Source of the DNA: Candidatus Entotheonellaceae bacterium
GTDB lineage: Bacteria > Tectomicrobia > Entotheonellia > Entotheonellales > Entotheonellaceae
Length of the DNA: 64,000 nucleotides
Assembly: GCA_965238075.1 (NCBI GenBank)
Contig: OZ250173.1
Location: 896,001-960,000, forward strand
Reading direction: 5' to 3'
The notes below the pieces were generated by a model. The model was not told the origin of the DNA, did not search any database, and saw only the letters and a list, made by a program, of their open reading frames with translations. A program made the translations under genes and the position numbers. Below are positions 9,612 to 21,257 of this stretch, one piece after another (the first letter of the stretch is position 1; every line of letters begins with the position of its first letter).

Positions 9612-10690
9612 ACAAGCGCGTGGTTGTGGCAATGAGCGGCGGCGTTGACAGTTCGGTGTGCGCCGCCCTGCTGCACGCCCGGGGTTACGAGTGCATCGGC
9701 GTAACCATGAAGCTCTGGGACGGCCCGGAAGCCGTCGAGGGGCATCACAAAACCTGCTGCACGCTGGACGACGTTTCCGACGCGCGGCGGGTCGCCGGCC
9801 AGTTGGGCATCCCCTTCTACGTGGCGAATTTCAAGGAGCCGTTCGCCCGGCACGTCATCGACGACTTCATCTCTTCCTACCAGAGCGGCTATACCCCCAA
9901 CCCGTGTGCACAATGCAACCGCTACCTGAAATTCGCCGCCCTGCAGCAGCGGGCGCAGCAGCTTGGCGCCGACTTCGTGGCCACTGGCCATTACGCGAGC
10001 GTGGTGTGCGCTGATGACGGGCGGTACCACATCCGGCGCGGCAGGGATGCCGGCAAGGATCAATCGTATTTCCTCTTCGATCTGTCTCAGGAGCAGTTAA
10101 GCCACGCCATGTTTCCGCTCGGTGATTTCAGCAAGGACGAGGTGCGGGACATGGCCTCGCAATTCGGCCTCAAGGTGGCGTCGAAGCCGGAGAGTCAGGA
10201 GATCTGTTTCATTCCCAGCGGCGACTACCGGACGTTCCTGCGGCCCAGGCTGGACGCGGACGCGGTTCGACCGGGACCCATCGTCGATACCTCCGGCAAG
10301 GTGCTCGGCGAACATCAGGGCCTGCCGTTTTACACCGTTGGCCAGCGGCGCGGTCTGGGCATCGCCGCGGCGCAGCCGTTGCACGTGGTCAGCGTGCAGC
10401 CGACCGACAACATCCTGGTGGTCGGGACACGGCACGAGGCGGCGCTGGACGCCTTCATGGTGGAGCGCCTGAACTGGATGCAAACACCCCCCGAGCGTCC
10501 GTTAGACACCACCGTGCAGATTCGCTACCGCCAGCAGCCCATCCCGGCAACGGTGCATCCTGTTGACGGTGAGCAGGCCCGGGTAGAGTTGCGCGAACCC
10601 CAGTTTGCCGTCGCACCCGGGCAGGCAGCGGTGTTCTACGACGATGATACGATCATCGGCGGCGGCTGGATTGCCCGCCACGCAGAATAG
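9608..10690 (+). CDS. mnmA: tRNA 2-thiouridine(34) synthase
   Basis: VAMSGGVDSSV, TPNPC..CN..LKF, ATGHY, KDQSYFL, ESQEICF, YTVGQRRGLG and PGQ motifs; GTG start overlaps rsmD stop. Confidence 0.97.
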   Translation: MNKRVVVAMSGGVDSSVCAALLHARGYECIGVTMKLWDGPEAVEGHHKTCCTLDDVSDARRVAGQLGIPFYVANFKEPFARHVIDDFISSYQSGYTPNPCAQCNRYLKFAALQQRAQQLGADFVATGHYASVVCADDGRYHIRRGRDAGKDQSYFLFDLSQEQLSHAMFPLGDFSKDEVRDMASQFGLKVASKPESQEICFIPSGDYRTFLRPRLDADAVRPGPIVDTSGKVLGEHQGLPFYTVGQRRGLGIAAAQPLHVVSVQPTDNILVVGTRHEAALDAFMVERLNWMQTPPERPLDTTVQIRYRQQPIPATVHPVDGEQARVELREPQFAVAPGQAAVFYDDDTIIGGGWIARHAE

Positions 10691-10712
10691 GACATCAGTA
10701 GGAGGGAAGGTC

Positions 10713-11165
10713 ATGGCAGCGGAGCATTCGCCGGAGGACCAGGAGGAGAAAGGGTTCGTCGTATCCGACAAGCGATTATTCACGCCTTCCGGGGAAAGAG
10801 TCACTGACGCCAGCCCGCCCGAACCTGCCGAGCCCGAAACGCCACCGCCGCCCAAGCAGGAGGAACCTGCAGCGGCCCAGCAGCCGCAAACGCCGCCGAC
10901 GGAAACCGCTCCGCAAGACCTGCCACCGGTCGATTTCGCCGCCTTCGTGATGATGCTGACCAACAACGTGATGGTTTTCCTCGGTCAGGTGCCCAACCCG
11001 CTTACCCAGCAGCCGCAGGTCGATTTGGCGCAGGCGCAACACACCATCGACATCATCATGATGCTGCGGGAAAAGACTCGCGGCAATCTGACCACCGAGG
11101 AAGACCGCTTTCTGAAGGAATTGCTCCCGCAGCTTCAAATAGCCTACGTTCAGGCCAAACAATAA
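10713..11165 (+). CDS. DUF1844-like protein
   Basis: F.V.DKR N-terminus, Pro-rich linker, LG..PNP..A...ID...L.EKT.GNL..EE C-terminal pattern. Confidence 0.8.
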   Translation: MAAEHSPEDQEEKGFVVSDKRLFTPSGERVTDASPPEPAEPETPPPPKQEEPAAAQQPQTPPTETAPQDLPPVDFAAFVMMLTNNVMVFLGQVPNPLTQQPQVDLAQAQHTIDIIMMLREKTRGNLTTEEDRFLKELLPQLQIAYVQAKQ

Positions 11166-11261
11166 GTCGGATAAACGCGGAAGGACGCCCACAGCCCCAC
11201 GAAGCGAGCCAGCGCGCGTAGACGGGGCATATTCGTTGCGAAAGCACGAGCGGAGCGAGTG

Positions 11262-13073
11262 ATGGGACGGGTGCAGACGTTGCCCGAGGGTGTGATCAAT
11301 CATATTGCCGCCGGCGAGGTGGTGGAGCGCCCGGCTTCCATCGTCAAGGAACTGCTCGAAAACGCCCTGGATGCGCAGGCGCAAACCATCAAGGTGGCGG
11401 TGCAAAAAGGCGGCGTCGAGCTAATCCAGGTGGACGACGACGGCATCGGCATGGACGCCGACGACGCGGTGCGGTGTTTCACCCGCCATGCGACCAGCAA
11501 GATAACGGCCTTGGCGGACCTCGACGACCTGGCGACCCTCGGCTTCCGCGGCGAGGCGCTCCCCAGCATCGCATCGGTGTCTCGCCTGCACCTGGTCACG
11601 CGGTGCCAGACAGACAAAGCCGCGACGCGCGTCAGGATAGACGGCGGCGAACTTGCAGGCGTGGAAACCTGCGGCGCCCCGCCGGGCACGTCCATACGGG
11701 TCAGCGAGCTTTTCTACAACACCCCGGCCCGCCTGAAATTCCTCAAGCATCCTACCACTGAGGCCAGCCATATCACCCAGTGCTTCACCGGTTTGGCCTT
11801 GCTGGCGCAGCACGTCCACATGAGCCTCCATTTGAATGACCGGCTGCATACCCAGGCGCCGGCAGGGAGCCTCGGTGAGCGCATCGAGGCAATCTTCGGG
11901 GCGGGTCTGCAGCAGGAACTGTTGCCGCTGGAGGACAGCACAGACGGCCTGCAAGTTCACGGCTTTATTGCCAAGGCAACCTTTCACCGCGGCACGCGGC
12001 GGCAGCAATTCCTGTTCGTCAATGGGCGCTTGGTGCAGAGTCGACCAGTCAGCCACGCGCTCTATGAGGCATACCGAACGCTGCTGCCGCGAGACCGACA
12101 TCCGGTGAGCTTCCTGTTTCTCACCCTGCCCGGCAGCGACGTTGACGTGAACGTGCATCCGGCCAAGCTTGAGGTGCGTTTTCGTCAAGAGGCGCGCTTG
12201 TACGACCATTTGCGGCGGCTCTTCCAACGGCGCTTGCAGGAAAGTCTCAGCGCCCCCATTCCGAACGCCGCAGGCAACGGCCAGACGGCATTCTCGACCC
12301 CCGATCCGGCCGGCCGTGGCAACGTGCCCATGATGTGGCAAACAGGTCAGGTCAGTGCCGCCGAGACGCGAGTGGAACCCGACGACGTGCCCGATCCCTC
12401 CCCGCCTGTTGGCTGGCCTGCGCCCACCGAGCCGGCTCAAGGGCTCAAGCTATACGCCGGTTATCCGGAGGCCAATCGTGTCATCCTGGAAGGGCGCCCG
12501 GTGGGGCAACTGCACGACACCTACGTTTTGCTACAATACCCGGGTGGTGTGATGTTCGTTGACCAGCACGCGGCGCACGAACGCGTCGTGTACGAGCGTC
12601 TACGCATCCAGATGGACGACGGCCCGGTGGCATCGCAGCGCCTCCTGTTCCCGGCCACGCTCGACCTGGGCGCCACCGACCCGCAATGGGTCGAAAGTTG
12701 CCTGCCGCAACTGGAATCGCTCGGTTTCGGTCTGGAGCACTTTGGAGGCAACACCTTTCGCCTGCTCGGCGTGCCAGCCGTGCTTGCCAGCCGTGACTAC
12801 TCCGCTGCTTTAATGGATATTCTCGAAACGCTGCGCTCGCCCACCGTCGAAGACGTGTTTGAAGAGGGCTTGCCGAGGCTCTTCCACCGCCTGCTGACGG
12901 TCACCGCCTGTCACGCTGCCATTCGTGCCCACCAGCGCCTGCAAGATGAAGAGATGCACGCCCTGATGCACGACTTGGCGCGCAGCAACATGCCGTTCAC
13001 ATGCCCGCACGGACGGCCCGTGCTTCTACACGTCGCCCTGCCCGAAATCGAAAAGAAATTCCTGCGGTGTTAG
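11262..13073 (+). CDS. mutL: DNA mismatch repair endonuclease MutL
   Basis: [50 protein letters not shown] and CPHGRP motifs. Confidence 0.97.
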   Translation: MGRVQTLPEGVINHIAAGEVVERPASIVKELLENALDAQAQTIKVAVQKGGVELIQVDDDGIGMDADDAVRCFTRHATSKITALADLDDLATLGFRGEALPSIASVSRLHLVTRCQTDKAATRVRIDGGELAGVETCGAPPGTSIRVSELFYNTPARLKFLKHPTTEASHITQCFTGLALLAQHVHMSLHLNDRLHTQAPAGSLGERIEAIFGAGLQQELLPLEDSTDGLQVHGFIAKATFHRGTRRQQFLFVNGRLVQSRPVSHALYEAYRTLLPRDRHPVSFLFLTLPGSDVDVNVHPAKLEVRFRQEARLYDHLRRLFQRRLQESLSAPIPNAAGNGQTAFSTPDPAGRGNVPMMWQTGQVSAAETRVEPDDVPDPSPPVGWPAPTEPAQGLKLYAGYPEANRVILEGRPVGQLHDTYVLLQYPGGVMFVDQHAAHERVVYERLRIQMDDGPVASQRLLFPATLDLGATDPQWVESCLPQLESLGFGLEHFGGNTFRLLGVPAVLASRDYSAALMDILETLRSPTVEDVFEEGLPRLFHRLLTVTACHAAIRAHQRLQDEEMHALMHDLARSNMPFTCPHGRPVLLHVALPEIEKKFLRC

Positions 13074-13114
13074 CGGGACACCGTCCGCGCCTACGGTTCC
13101 AGAAGGAGGTCACC

Positions 13115-14578
13115 ATGCTCGAAGAATCCCTGCCCGAGGGTTTGACATTTGACGACGTGCTGCTGTTGCCCGCCTATTCGGACGTACTGCCGCGCGACAC
13201 CGACGTGTCGACGCTGCTGACCAACGATCTTGAACTCAACATCCCGCTGCTCAGCGCGGCGATGGACACAGTCACCGAGGCCAATCTCGCCATCGCCCTG
13301 GCGCAGGAGGGCGGCATCGGCATCATCCACAAGAATCTCAGCATCGAGGCGCAAGCCGCCGAGGTCGACAAGGTCAAGCGATCCGAAAGCGGCATGATCG
13401 TAGATCCCATCACCATGGCGCCACACCAACGGGTGCAGGAAGCCATCGAGGTGATGACGCGCTACCGGATTTCCGGCATTCCCATCACCGAAGGGCCAAA
13501 GCTGGCGGGGATTCTCACGAACCGCGATCTGCGTTTCGTGACCGACTTGCAGCAGCCGCTGTCCGCCTTGATGACCTCCGACAACCTGGTCACCGTGCCG
13601 CAGGGCACCAGCCTGGGCGAGGCGCAGAAATTGCTGCACCAGCATCGCATCGAGAAGCTCCTGGTTGTGGACGACGCCTTTCACCTGAAAGGGCTGATCA
13701 CCATCAAGGACATTGAGAAACGCCGGCGCTATCCGCTGGCTTGCAAAGACACCCTGGGCCGTTTGCGCGTCGGGGCGGCGGTCGGCCTCGGGGAAGACCG
13801 GCACGAGCGGCTGGCGGAGCTGGAGCGTTACGGCGTGGACGTGGTGGTGGTCGATTCGGCTCACGGACACGCCACCAGCGTCCTGGCGGCAGTCGAGGAA
13901 GCCAAGAAGATGTACCCCGGCCTGCAGGTCATCGGCGGCAACGTCGCCACCGCCGAAGCTGCCAACGCGCTCATCAACGCCGGTGCCGACGCGGTGAAGG
14001 TCGGCATGGGGCCGTCGTCCATCTGCACGACGCGCGTGGTGGCGGGCATCGGCGTGCCGCAACTGACGGCGATCGCCGAGTGCGTCAAGGTGGGCGAGCG
14101 ATTCGGCATCCCCATCATTGCCGACGGCGGCATCAAGTACTCGGGCGACATCGTCAAGGCACTGGCGGCCGGGGCCTCTTGCGTGATGATCGGCAGCATT
14201 TTCGCGGGCACCGAGGAAAGCCCGGGCGAGCGTGTTTTGTACCAGGGCCGCAGTTACAAGACCTATCGCGGCATGGGCTCCCTCGGCGCCATGTCCGGCG
14301 GCAAGGGGGACCGCTATTTCCAGGGCGATGAGAAACAGACGAGCAAGCTGGTGCCGGAGGGTGTTGAGGGGCGCATCCCGTACAAGGGCTCGCTGGCGGA
14401 CGTGGTGTATCAGCTCGTGGGCGGTGTGCGGGCCGGCATGGGCTACTGCGGCTGCGGCACCCTAGCGGCCCTGCGCCGCGACAGCCATTTCATCCGCATC
14501 ACCAACGCCGGCTTGCGGGAAAGCCACGTGCACGACGTCATCGTCACGCAGGAAGCGCCGAATTATCAGTCCGAGTAG
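13115..14578 (+). CDS. guaB: IMP dehydrogenase
   Basis: [20 protein letters not shown] pair, [17 protein letters not shown] and YRGMGS motifs; RBS AAGGAGGT. Confidence 0.98.
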   Translation: MLEESLPEGLTFDDVLLLPAYSDVLPRDTDVSTLLTNDLELNIPLLSAAMDTVTEANLAIALAQEGGIGIIHKNLSIEAQAAEVDKVKRSESGMIVDPITMAPHQRVQEAIEVMTRYRISGIPITEGPKLAGILTNRDLRFVTDLQQPLSALMTSDNLVTVPQGTSLGEAQKLLHQHRIEKLLVVDDAFHLKGLITIKDIEKRRRYPLACKDTLGRLRVGAAVGLGEDRHERLAELERYGVDVVVVDSAHGHATSVLAAVEEAKKMYPGLQVIGGNVATAEAANALINAGADAVKVGMGPSSICTTRVVAGIGVPQLTAIAECVKVGERFGIPIIADGGIKYSGDIVKALAAGASCVMIGSIFAGTEESPGERVLYQGRSYKTYRGMGSLGAMSGGKGDRYFQGDEKQTSKLVPEGVEGRIPYKGSLADVVYQLVGGVRAGMGYCGCGTLAALRRDSHFIRITNAGLRESHVHDVIVTQEAPNYQSE

Positions 14579-14607
14579 CACAGCACATTCGAGGAGAAGG
14601 TGCGTTC

Positions 14608-17600
14608 ATGGGGCAACAGAGTTTCGTTCATCTTCACCTGCACACCGAATTCAGCCTGCTGGATGGGGCAAACCGCATCGACGAACTCCTGGATCGCGCC
14701 AAGCAGCTTCGCATGCCGGCCGTGGCGATCACCGACCACGGCAACATGTTCGGCGCCATGAAATTCTACAAGGCGGCTCAGGCGCGCGGCATTAAGCCGA
14801 TCCTGGGCTGCGAGACCTACGTGGCGCCGACCACGCGTTTCGACCGCAGCCGCCAGGGCATCGGCTCGGCGGCGCATCACCTGACGCTGCTGGCCAGCAA
14901 CTACGCCGGTTATCAGAATCTCTCCCGACTCCTGAGCAAGGCGTTCCTGGAGGGCTTTTATTACCGCCCGCGCATCGACAAGGAACTCCTGGCCGAACAC
15001 GCTGAGGGGTTGATCGGCCTCACCGGCTGCCTCAAGGGCGAGGTCAACGGGCACATCCTCAACGGCAACATGAAGCAGGCGGCGGACGCCATTGACAGCT
15101 ATCGCCAAATCCTGGGGCACGAAAACGTTTACCTGGAGCTCATGGATCACGGCGTCGACGGCCAACGTCAGGCCAACACCGAACTGCTGAAGTTCAGCAA
15201 GGACTTCGGCCTACCGGTCGTCGCCACCAACGACTGCCACTACCTGCGCAAAGAGGACGCCTCGCCGCACGACGTATTGATGTGCATCGGCACCGGCAAG
15301 AGCGTGCACGATACCCAACGCATGCGCTATGAGCAGGAGGAGTTCTACGTCAAGACCCCGGAGGAGATGTACCGCGTCTTCGCCGAGGCGCCGGAGGCGT
15401 GCGCCAACACGCTGCTGATCGCCGAGCGCTGCGACCTGCACTTGCCGTTCGACAAACCCCTGTTGCCCCGTTACCAGACGCCGGACGGCGAGCCGCTCGA
15501 CGCCTATCTGGAGCAGGTCGCCCGCCAAGGGCTGGAAGACCGCTTGGTGCAGGCGCGCAGCGGCGGAGAGCGCAAACACAGCGACGAAGCGTACCAACAG
15601 CGACTCGACAAGGAACTCGGCATCATCCGCGATACCGGGTATTCGGGCTATTTCCTGATCGTCTGGGACTTCATCCGCTACGCCCGCGAGCACGACATCC
15701 CGGTGGGACCGGGGCGGGGGTCGGTGGCCGGCAGCCTGGCCGCCTACGCGTTGCGTATCACCGACGTCGACCCACTTAGATACGACCTGCTGTTTGAGCG
15801 TTTCCTGAACCCCGAGCGTGTCACCATGCCCGACATCGACATCGACTTCTGCATGGAGCGGCGCGACGAGGTGATCCGCTACGTCACCGAGAAATACGGC
15901 GCCGAAAACGTCGCCCAGATCATCACCTTCGGCACCATGCTGGCCAAGGGCGTCCTGCGCGACGTGGGGCGCGCCATGGACATGCCGTATAGCGAGGTGG
16001 ACCGCATCGCCAAGCTGATACCGAACCGCCTGAACGTGTCGCTCGACGACGCCGTGCAGGAGGAGCCGCGGCTGCGTGAGATTCAGGAACGCGATCCGCA
16101 GGTGGGACGCCTGATCGAAACGGCACGGCGGCTGGAGGGCCTGTCGCGACATGCCTCGGTGCACGCCGCCGGGGTGGTGATTTCGCCCGAGCCCCTGCAC
16201 AACATCGTGCCGCTGGCCAAGGGTGCCAAGGACGAAGTGGTCACCCAATACACGATGGACGACGTGGAGGGCATGGGCCTCCTGAAGATGGATTTCCTCG
16301 GTCTGCGCACCCTCACGGTGATCCACAACACAGTCAAAATGATCAAGAAAAATCGGGGCGTCGAGATCGACAGCAACAACCTGCCCCTTGACGATACGCC
16401 GACCTACCAACTGCTGTCCGAGGCGCGCAGCGTCGGCATCTTTCAGCTTGAAGGACGTGGGGTGCGCGACCTGCTTCGCAAGCTACAGCCGGAAGTCTTC
16501 GAGGACTTGGTGGCTCTGGTGGCGCTCTACCGCCCCGGTCCGTTGGGCAGCGGCATGGTGGACGATTTCATCGAGCGCCGACACGGTCAGCGGAGCATCA
16601 CCTACGAAGTGCCCGCCTTGGAGCCGATCCTGCGCTCGACCTATGGCGTTATCGTCTTCCAGGAGCAGGTGATGCAGATCGCCACCACCCTGGCCGGCTT
16701 CACCCCCGGCGGTGCCGATCTACTGCGCCGGGCCATGGGCAAAAAAAAGGCCGAGGTGATGGACGAGCAACGCGAGCATTTCGTCCAGGGTGCGGTGCAA
16801 AACGGCTACGCCGCGGAGCAGGCCGGGCGCATTTTCGACCTGATGGCCTACTTCGCCGGCTACGGTTTTAACCGCAGCCACAGCGTCGCCTACGCCCTAC
16901 TGGCCTATTGCACAGCCTACCTCAAGGCCCATTTTCCGAATGAATTCATGGCCGCGCTGATGGGCTGTGACATGGAAAACACCGACAAGCTGATGCGATA
17001 TATCGGTGACTGCCGCGACATGGGACTGACGACACTGGCGCCCAACATCAACGATGGGCTCTACGGCTTTGCGGTCGGCGGGGAGCAGTTGCGCTTCGGC
17101 CTAGGCGCCATCAAGGGCGTCGGGCAAAATGCCGTTGCGTCGATTGTCGAAGAGCGCGAGGCGAACGGCCCCTATCAGTCGTTCTTTGATCTGTGCGAGC
17201 GGCTGGATTCCCGACAGGTCAACCGCAAGGTCATCGAGGGTCTGATCAAGGGCGGCGCTCTGGATTGTCTGGGCCTGACGCGCTGGGACATGCTGGGCAA
17301 CATGGCTCCCGTGCTGGAATGGGCGCAGCGCCAGCAGACGGACCGTCAGGAGGGTCAAATCAACCTGTTCGGCAACAGCACCGAGGGTGCCGCGGCCACG
17401 GCACCTAAGATTGATGCCATGTCGGCATGGTCAAACAGTGAGCAACTGACCTACGAGAAGGAAGCTCTGGGATTTTACTTCAGCAGCCATCCGTTGATAG
17501 CCGTGCAGGACGAGTGGCGCCGCATGATCAGCACGACAAGTCGCGAGCTCGCCGAGTGCCACGGCGGACAATCGATCACCGTCGGCGGTATCGTCACCCA

Positions 17601-18066
17601 GCACCGCTCGCAGCTCACCAAGAAGGGTGATCGCATGGCCTTCCTCACCATCGAGGACCTGCACGGCAGCTTTGAGGTGACCGTTTTCCCCGACGTTTAT
17701 CGAGACAGTATCACCGCCTGTGAGAGCGATGCGCCGCTCATCGTCTGGGGCAAAGTGGAAGGCGACAGCAGTGACGGACGTCTCATCGCCCAACGTATCG
17801 CGCCTCTGAAGGACGCGGCGACGCTGGGCGAACTCAAGCGCCTGACGCTGACCCTGGCGTGCCATCTGGAGCAAGACACGCTGCGGCAAGTGCGTGACCT
17901 GTTGACGCAGACCCCCGGCACCTGCGGCGTCATGCTGGCACTGCGCTTTGCCGATGGCGATCAGATGAGTCTGCGCGCCGCCAATCAGTTCAACGTCACG
18001 CCATCCATGGACCTGCTGGCACAGTTGGAAGGCCTCTTGGGGACGGACAATGTACGAGTGGCTTAA
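14608..18066 (+). CDS. dnaE: DNA polymerase III subunit alpha
   Basis: PHP HLHLHTEFSLLDG, GPGRGS, FERFLNPER..MPDIDIDF, GYGFNRSHS and C-terminal OB fold; no intein visible. Confidence 0.98.
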   Translation: MGQQSFVHLHLHTEFSLLDGANRIDELLDRAKQLRMPAVAITDHGNMFGAMKFYKAAQARGIKPILGCETYVAPTTRFDRSRQGIGSAAHHLTLLASNYAGYQNLSRLLSKAFLEGFYYRPRIDKELLAEHAEGLIGLTGCLKGEVNGHILNGNMKQAADAIDSYRQILGHENVYLELMDHGVDGQRQANTELLKFSKDFGLPVVATNDCHYLRKEDASPHDVLMCIGTGKSVHDTQRMRYEQEEFYVKTPEEMYRVFAEAPEACANTLLIAERCDLHLPFDKPLLPRYQTPDGEPLDAYLEQVARQGLEDRLVQARSGGERKHSDEAYQQRLDKELGIIRDTGYSGYFLIVWDFIRYAREHDIPVGPGRGSVAGSLAAYALRITDVDPLRYDLLFERFLNPERVTMPDIDIDFCMERRDEVIRYVTEKYGAENVAQIITFGTMLAKGVLRDVGRAMDMPYSEVDRIAKLIPNRLNVSLDDAVQEEPRLREIQERDPQVGRLIETARRLEGLSRHASVHAAGVVISPEPLHNIVPLAKGAKDEVVTQYTMDDVEGMGLLKMDFLGLRTLTVIHNTVKMIKKNRGVEIDSNNLPLDDTPTYQLLSEARSVGIFQLEGRGVRDLLRKLQPEVFEDLVALVALYRPGPLGSGMVDDFIERRHGQRSITYEVPALEPILRSTYGVIVFQEQVMQIATTLAGFTPGGADLLRRAMGKKKAEVMDEQREHFVQGAVQNGYAAEQAGRIFDLMAYFAGYGFNRSHSVAYALLAYCTAYLKAHFPNEFMAALMGCDMENTDKLMRYIGDCRDMGLTTLAPNINDGLYGFAVGGEQLRFGLGAIKGVGQNAVASIVEEREANGPYQSFFDLCERLDSRQVNRKVIEGLIKGGALDCLGLTRWDMLGNMAPVLEWAQRQQTDRQEGQINLFGNSTEGAAATAPKIDAMSAWSNSEQLTYEKEALGFYFSSHPLIAVQDEWRRMISTTSRELAECHGGQSITVGGIVTQHRSQLTKKGDRMAFLTIEDLHGSFEVTVFPDVYRDSITACESDAPLIVWGKVEGDSSDGRLIAQRIAPLKDAATLGELKRLTLTLACHLEQDTLRQVRDLLTQTPGTCGVMLALRFADGDQMSLRAANQFNVTPSMDLLAQLEGLLGTDNVRVA

Positions 18067-18088
18067 AAGCGCTGGCTTAGAGGACGCC

Positions 18089-18778
18089 ATGGAGTGGTTC
18101 CCCGGGTCATTTTCGGAGGCCGCCGGGCAGCTCGGCGATTTGGTCCTGCCCATCGCCTCCCTGGCCTCGTGGGGCGGGCTTATGCTGTGTTCCGTGGTGG
18201 TCCTCGGGCTACTGCTGGAGCGCAGCGTGGTGCTGCGGCGCCGGCGCATCATCCCGACGGGCTTTCTCGCACAGGTGCGGCGTCACTGGTACAAAGGTGA
18301 CGTGAAAGCCGCACTGGCCTGCTGCGACGAGGAACGCGCCGCCATCTCCCGTATTCTGCGCGCCGGGTTGGGCCGTCACGAGGCCGACAGGGAGGAAATC
18401 GAGAAGGCGCTGGAAGTCGCAGGCCAACTTGAGCTGTACAACCTCAGCAGCTATATCCGCGGCTTCGGCTTAGTCGCGAGCCTGGCGCCAATGCTGGGCT
18501 TTCTCGGTACCGTGGCCGGCATGATCGGCGCATTCAATGCCATTGCCGCAGCCGGCACGAGCAATCCTTCCCTGGTGGCAAACGGCATCTCCGCCGCCCT
18601 GCTGAGCACCGCGTCGGGCCTTGTCATCGGCATCCCCGCCCTTGCTCTGTATCATTTCTTCCGCGGCCGCGTGGACCGCTTTGTGCAGGAGATGGAAGAA
18701 GTGGCGCTCGAACTCGTCGAAGACCTCATGCAGCGACAGAGAGTAAGCGAACTCAGGAGACAGGCGGATGCGGTTTAA
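18089..18778 (+). CDS. exbB: MotA/TolQ/ExbB proton channel protein
   Basis: APMLGFLGTVAGMI.AF and GIS.AL..TA.GL...IP motifs; precedes exbD. Confidence 0.85.
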   Translation: MEWFPGSFSEAAGQLGDLVLPIASLASWGGLMLCSVVVLGLLLERSVVLRRRRIIPTGFLAQVRRHWYKGDVKAALACCDEERAAISRILRAGLGRHEADREEIEKALEVAGQLELYNLSSYIRGFGLVASLAPMLGFLGTVAGMIGAFNAIAAAGTSNPSLVANGISAALLSTASGLVIGIPALALYHFFRGRVDRFVQEMEEVALELVEDLMQRQRVSELRRQADAV

Positions 18779-19169
18779 GCGTCATGAAGACGATCGTGGT
18801 GGGCAGTTTGAACTCATTTCCATGACGGATATCGTCTTTCTCCTGCTGATCTTCTTCATGATCTCCACCACCTTTGTCGATCTCGGCAGCCATTTGGACA
18901 TACAACTGCCGGAGGCCTCGGGCGGCGAGACCGAACAGACGGCGCAGTCTTACCTTATCGAAATGGGAATGCAAAACGCACTGCTGCTTGACGGAACGCC
19001 TATACAATTGCACGAGATAGCGGGAAAACTCGTCGAAAATCGCACCCCGGGCCGTCAGGATTCGGTGGTCATCAGGGCCGATAAACGGCTGCCTTATGGC
19101 GAGGTGATGGCGGTTTTAGGATTGGTACGGCAGACGCAAATCCGTGATATCGCGGTTGCCGTGCGTTGA
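18768..19169 (+). CDS. exbD: ExbD/TolR family protein
   Basis: MTDIVFLLLIFFMI transmembrane segment with conserved Asp; IRADK.LPYG.V motif. Confidence 0.9.
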   Translation: MRFKRHEDDRGGQFELISMTDIVFLLLIFFMISTTFVDLGSHLDIQLPEASGGETEQTAQSYLIEMGMQNALLLDGTPIQLHEIAGKLVENRTPGRQDSVVIRADKRLPYGEVMAVLGLVRQTQIRDIAVAVR

Positions 19170-19305
19170 TCTTTGTGCTTGCTTGGAGGCGGCTGACTGC
19201 CTACCATATTTCCTTTGTGCTTTTGTAGAGCGACATGCAGCCGGCGATTCGAGCGACAAAGGGAAGGTTGTGTCGTGTCGTTTGGCGTGAAAGAAAATCA
19301 GACGG

Positions 19306-19536
19306 ATGGCCCACGGTGACGAATCATCGGAGAAGCGGTCCCGGTGGCTGCGGCGAGTGGCGTACTGGGGCGGGCGGCTGTTTCAGGTTCTCGGCCTGCT
19401 ACTGCTGTGGTGGCTCTTGCTTATTTTCCCAACCGCCGAGGATATCCGCGCCCTGCTCTACGGCGGGGTAGCGGTAGCCGCGGCGGTGTTTTATCTGGGC
19501 TGGCTGGTTATCCGGTGGACCGTGAAGGCAACGTGA
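19306..19536 (+). CDS. Small two-TM hypothetical membrane protein
   Basis: 76-aa ORF filling the intergenic gap, two hydrophobic segments, co-oriented with neighbours. Confidence 0.6.
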   Translation: MAHGDESSEKRSRWLRRVAYWGGRLFQVLGLLLLWWLLLIFPTAEDIRALLYGGVAVAAAVFYLGWLVIRWTVKAT

Positions 19537-19582
19537 GAACCGGGGGTAGCCGGGTGCCCGAAGGGCCCAAGGCATAACGCCG

Positions 19583-20155
19583 ATGCTGACCAAAAAGACA
19601 CTGTGCTTGTTCGAAATTGATCTCACGTCCGGCGCGCTGCCGCCGTGCGAAGCCCGGCTGGCCGTTGACTACAAGCGGTTGGACGCCGCGGCTTGGGCAG
19701 AGCAAACCCATGTCGATCACGTTACCGACCGGTACTTGTTTCAGGCCCGATTCGACCGCGGCGAACTCGTCTGGACGGCCCATAACGACGCCAACAAGAT
19801 CGTTTCGTATTGTTGGGTTACCGGGCAAGCGGTCGAGATCGGTGAGATCGGCTGCGCTATCAACCCGCGCGCTGATGAAATCTATCTGTACGACGCCTTT
19901 ACGTTCGCGGAACATCGCGGGCAGAATCTCTATCCGGCTGTTTTGCAACGGATTCTGGAACACAGCCGGGAGGTCGGGCTGCGGCGCGCCTTGATTTTCG
20001 TGATGAGTGACAACGTGGCTTCGATTCGCGGCGTTCGCAAGGCGGGCTTTCGCGAGTTTCAGCGCGTCACGTATTACAACATTATCGGTTTTGTCCGTTA
20101 TTCGTACCGGCCGTCCCTCAGCCGCGCCGCGGGGGTCGACCTGCTTCCTGCTTGA
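19583..20155 (+). CDS. GNAT family N-acetyltransferase
   Basis: YLYDAFT..EHRGQNLY (motif A) and N.AS....RKAGF (motif B). Confidence 0.85.
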   Translation: MLTKKTLCLFEIDLTSGALPPCEARLAVDYKRLDAAAWAEQTHVDHVTDRYLFQARFDRGELVWTAHNDANKIVSYCWVTGQAVEIGEIGCAINPRADEIYLYDAFTFAEHRGQNLYPAVLQRILEHSREVGLRRALIFVMSDNVASIRGVRKAGFREFQRVTYYNIIGFVRYSYRPSLSRAAGVDLLPA

Positions 20156-20219
20156 CGGATTCGCAGGTCGCGGTTGACGAGGCCGCGCGTGCCGCCTTCC
20201 TCCTGGTAAGGACTTCTCC

Positions 20220-21257
20220 ATGCATGTTGACGTTTTGACGGCCGAAACTGCCTTTCAAACGCTTCGGCCAGAGTGGCTGCGGCTGCTCGGCGAAATGTCT
20301 TTTCAGAGCGTGTTCTTCACGCCGCAGTGGCAGGAAACGTGGTGGCGCCATTTCGGGGCTGGGCGGCAGTTATCGATCCTCACGGTGCGCTCCGACGACG
20401 GCCGGTTACAGGGGCTTGCACCTCTGATGCGTGGCAACGCGGCCGCCGATACCACCCGTCTGGAGTTTATTGGCGATCTCGAACTGTGCGATTATTTTGA
20501 CCTGCTTATCGCTCCGCAGCAGCAGGATGACGTCGTGCAGGCGATGGCGGACTACCTCGTGTCACAAGCCAGTGAAGATGTGGAAATCTGCCTGAACAAT
20601 CTGTCGGCCAGTTCGCCGACAGCGGCCCTGCTACAGGACAGCTTGACCAAACAGGGGTTGCTGGTCGAAACCGAAACGATCGAAACCTGTCCCACCATCG
20701 TTTTCCCCACGGATTGGAACGCCTACCTGGGCACCCTGCGCGGCAAGGACCGCCACGAACTGCGTCGCAAGATTCGCCGCGCCGAAAACGCCGCCGAGCT
20801 TGCCTACACTGTCACCGAGGCGCCGGAGCGACTCGACGAGGACCTTGATACCTTCATTGCACTACACCGCATGAGCCAGCAAGACGACAAGCAAGGCTTC
20901 ATGACCCCGTCGAAAGTGGCGTTCTTCAGAGACATGGCACGTCAGCTGTGGCGGGAAGGGTGGCTGGAGTTGGCCTTCCTGCACGCCGACGACCGGCCCA
21001 TCGCGGGGCTGTGCTGTATGACCTACGGCACCACCTATGCGGCGTATAACTCGGGTTACCACCCGGACTACGGCGCCTTGAGCGCGGGGATTGTGCTGTT
21101 TGCCAACCGCATCCGCAGCGCCATCGACCGCGGCTTCGTTGCGTTCGACTTTCTGCGCGGCAATGAAGCCTACAAGTATCGCTTCGGCGCCAGTGACCGC
21201 CCGCTGTCGCAGTTCATGGTGCGGAGCGTTTGTCCGGTTCAGGAGTCGTGCGTATGA
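20220..21257 (+). CDS. CelD/BcsL-like tandem GNAT acetyltransferase
   Basis: F.TPQW..WW.HFG, GLAPL, DYFD, YNSGY and FDFLRG.E.YKY.FG motifs. Confidence 0.85.
   Translation: MHVDVLTAETAFQTLRPEWLRLLGEMSFQSVFFTPQWQETWWRHFGAGRQLSILTVRSDDGRLQGLAPLMRGNAAADTTRLEFIGDLELCDYFDLLIAPQQQDDVVQAMADYLVSQASEDVEICLNNLSASSPTAALLQDSLTKQGLLVETETIETCPTIVFPTDWNAYLGTLRGKDRHELRRKIRRAENAAELAYTVTEAPERLDEDLDTFIALHRMSQQDDKQGFMTPSKVAFFRDMARQLWREGWLELAFLHADDRPIAGLCCMTYGTTYAAYNSGYHPDYGALSAGIVLFANRIRSAIDRGFVAFDFLRGNEAYKYRFGASDRPLSQFMVRSVCPVQESCV

Noticed and set aside
16741-16748. A8 tract in dnaE as a possible slippage or frameshift site
   Set aside because: Encodes the conserved MGKKK motif and the frame is intact
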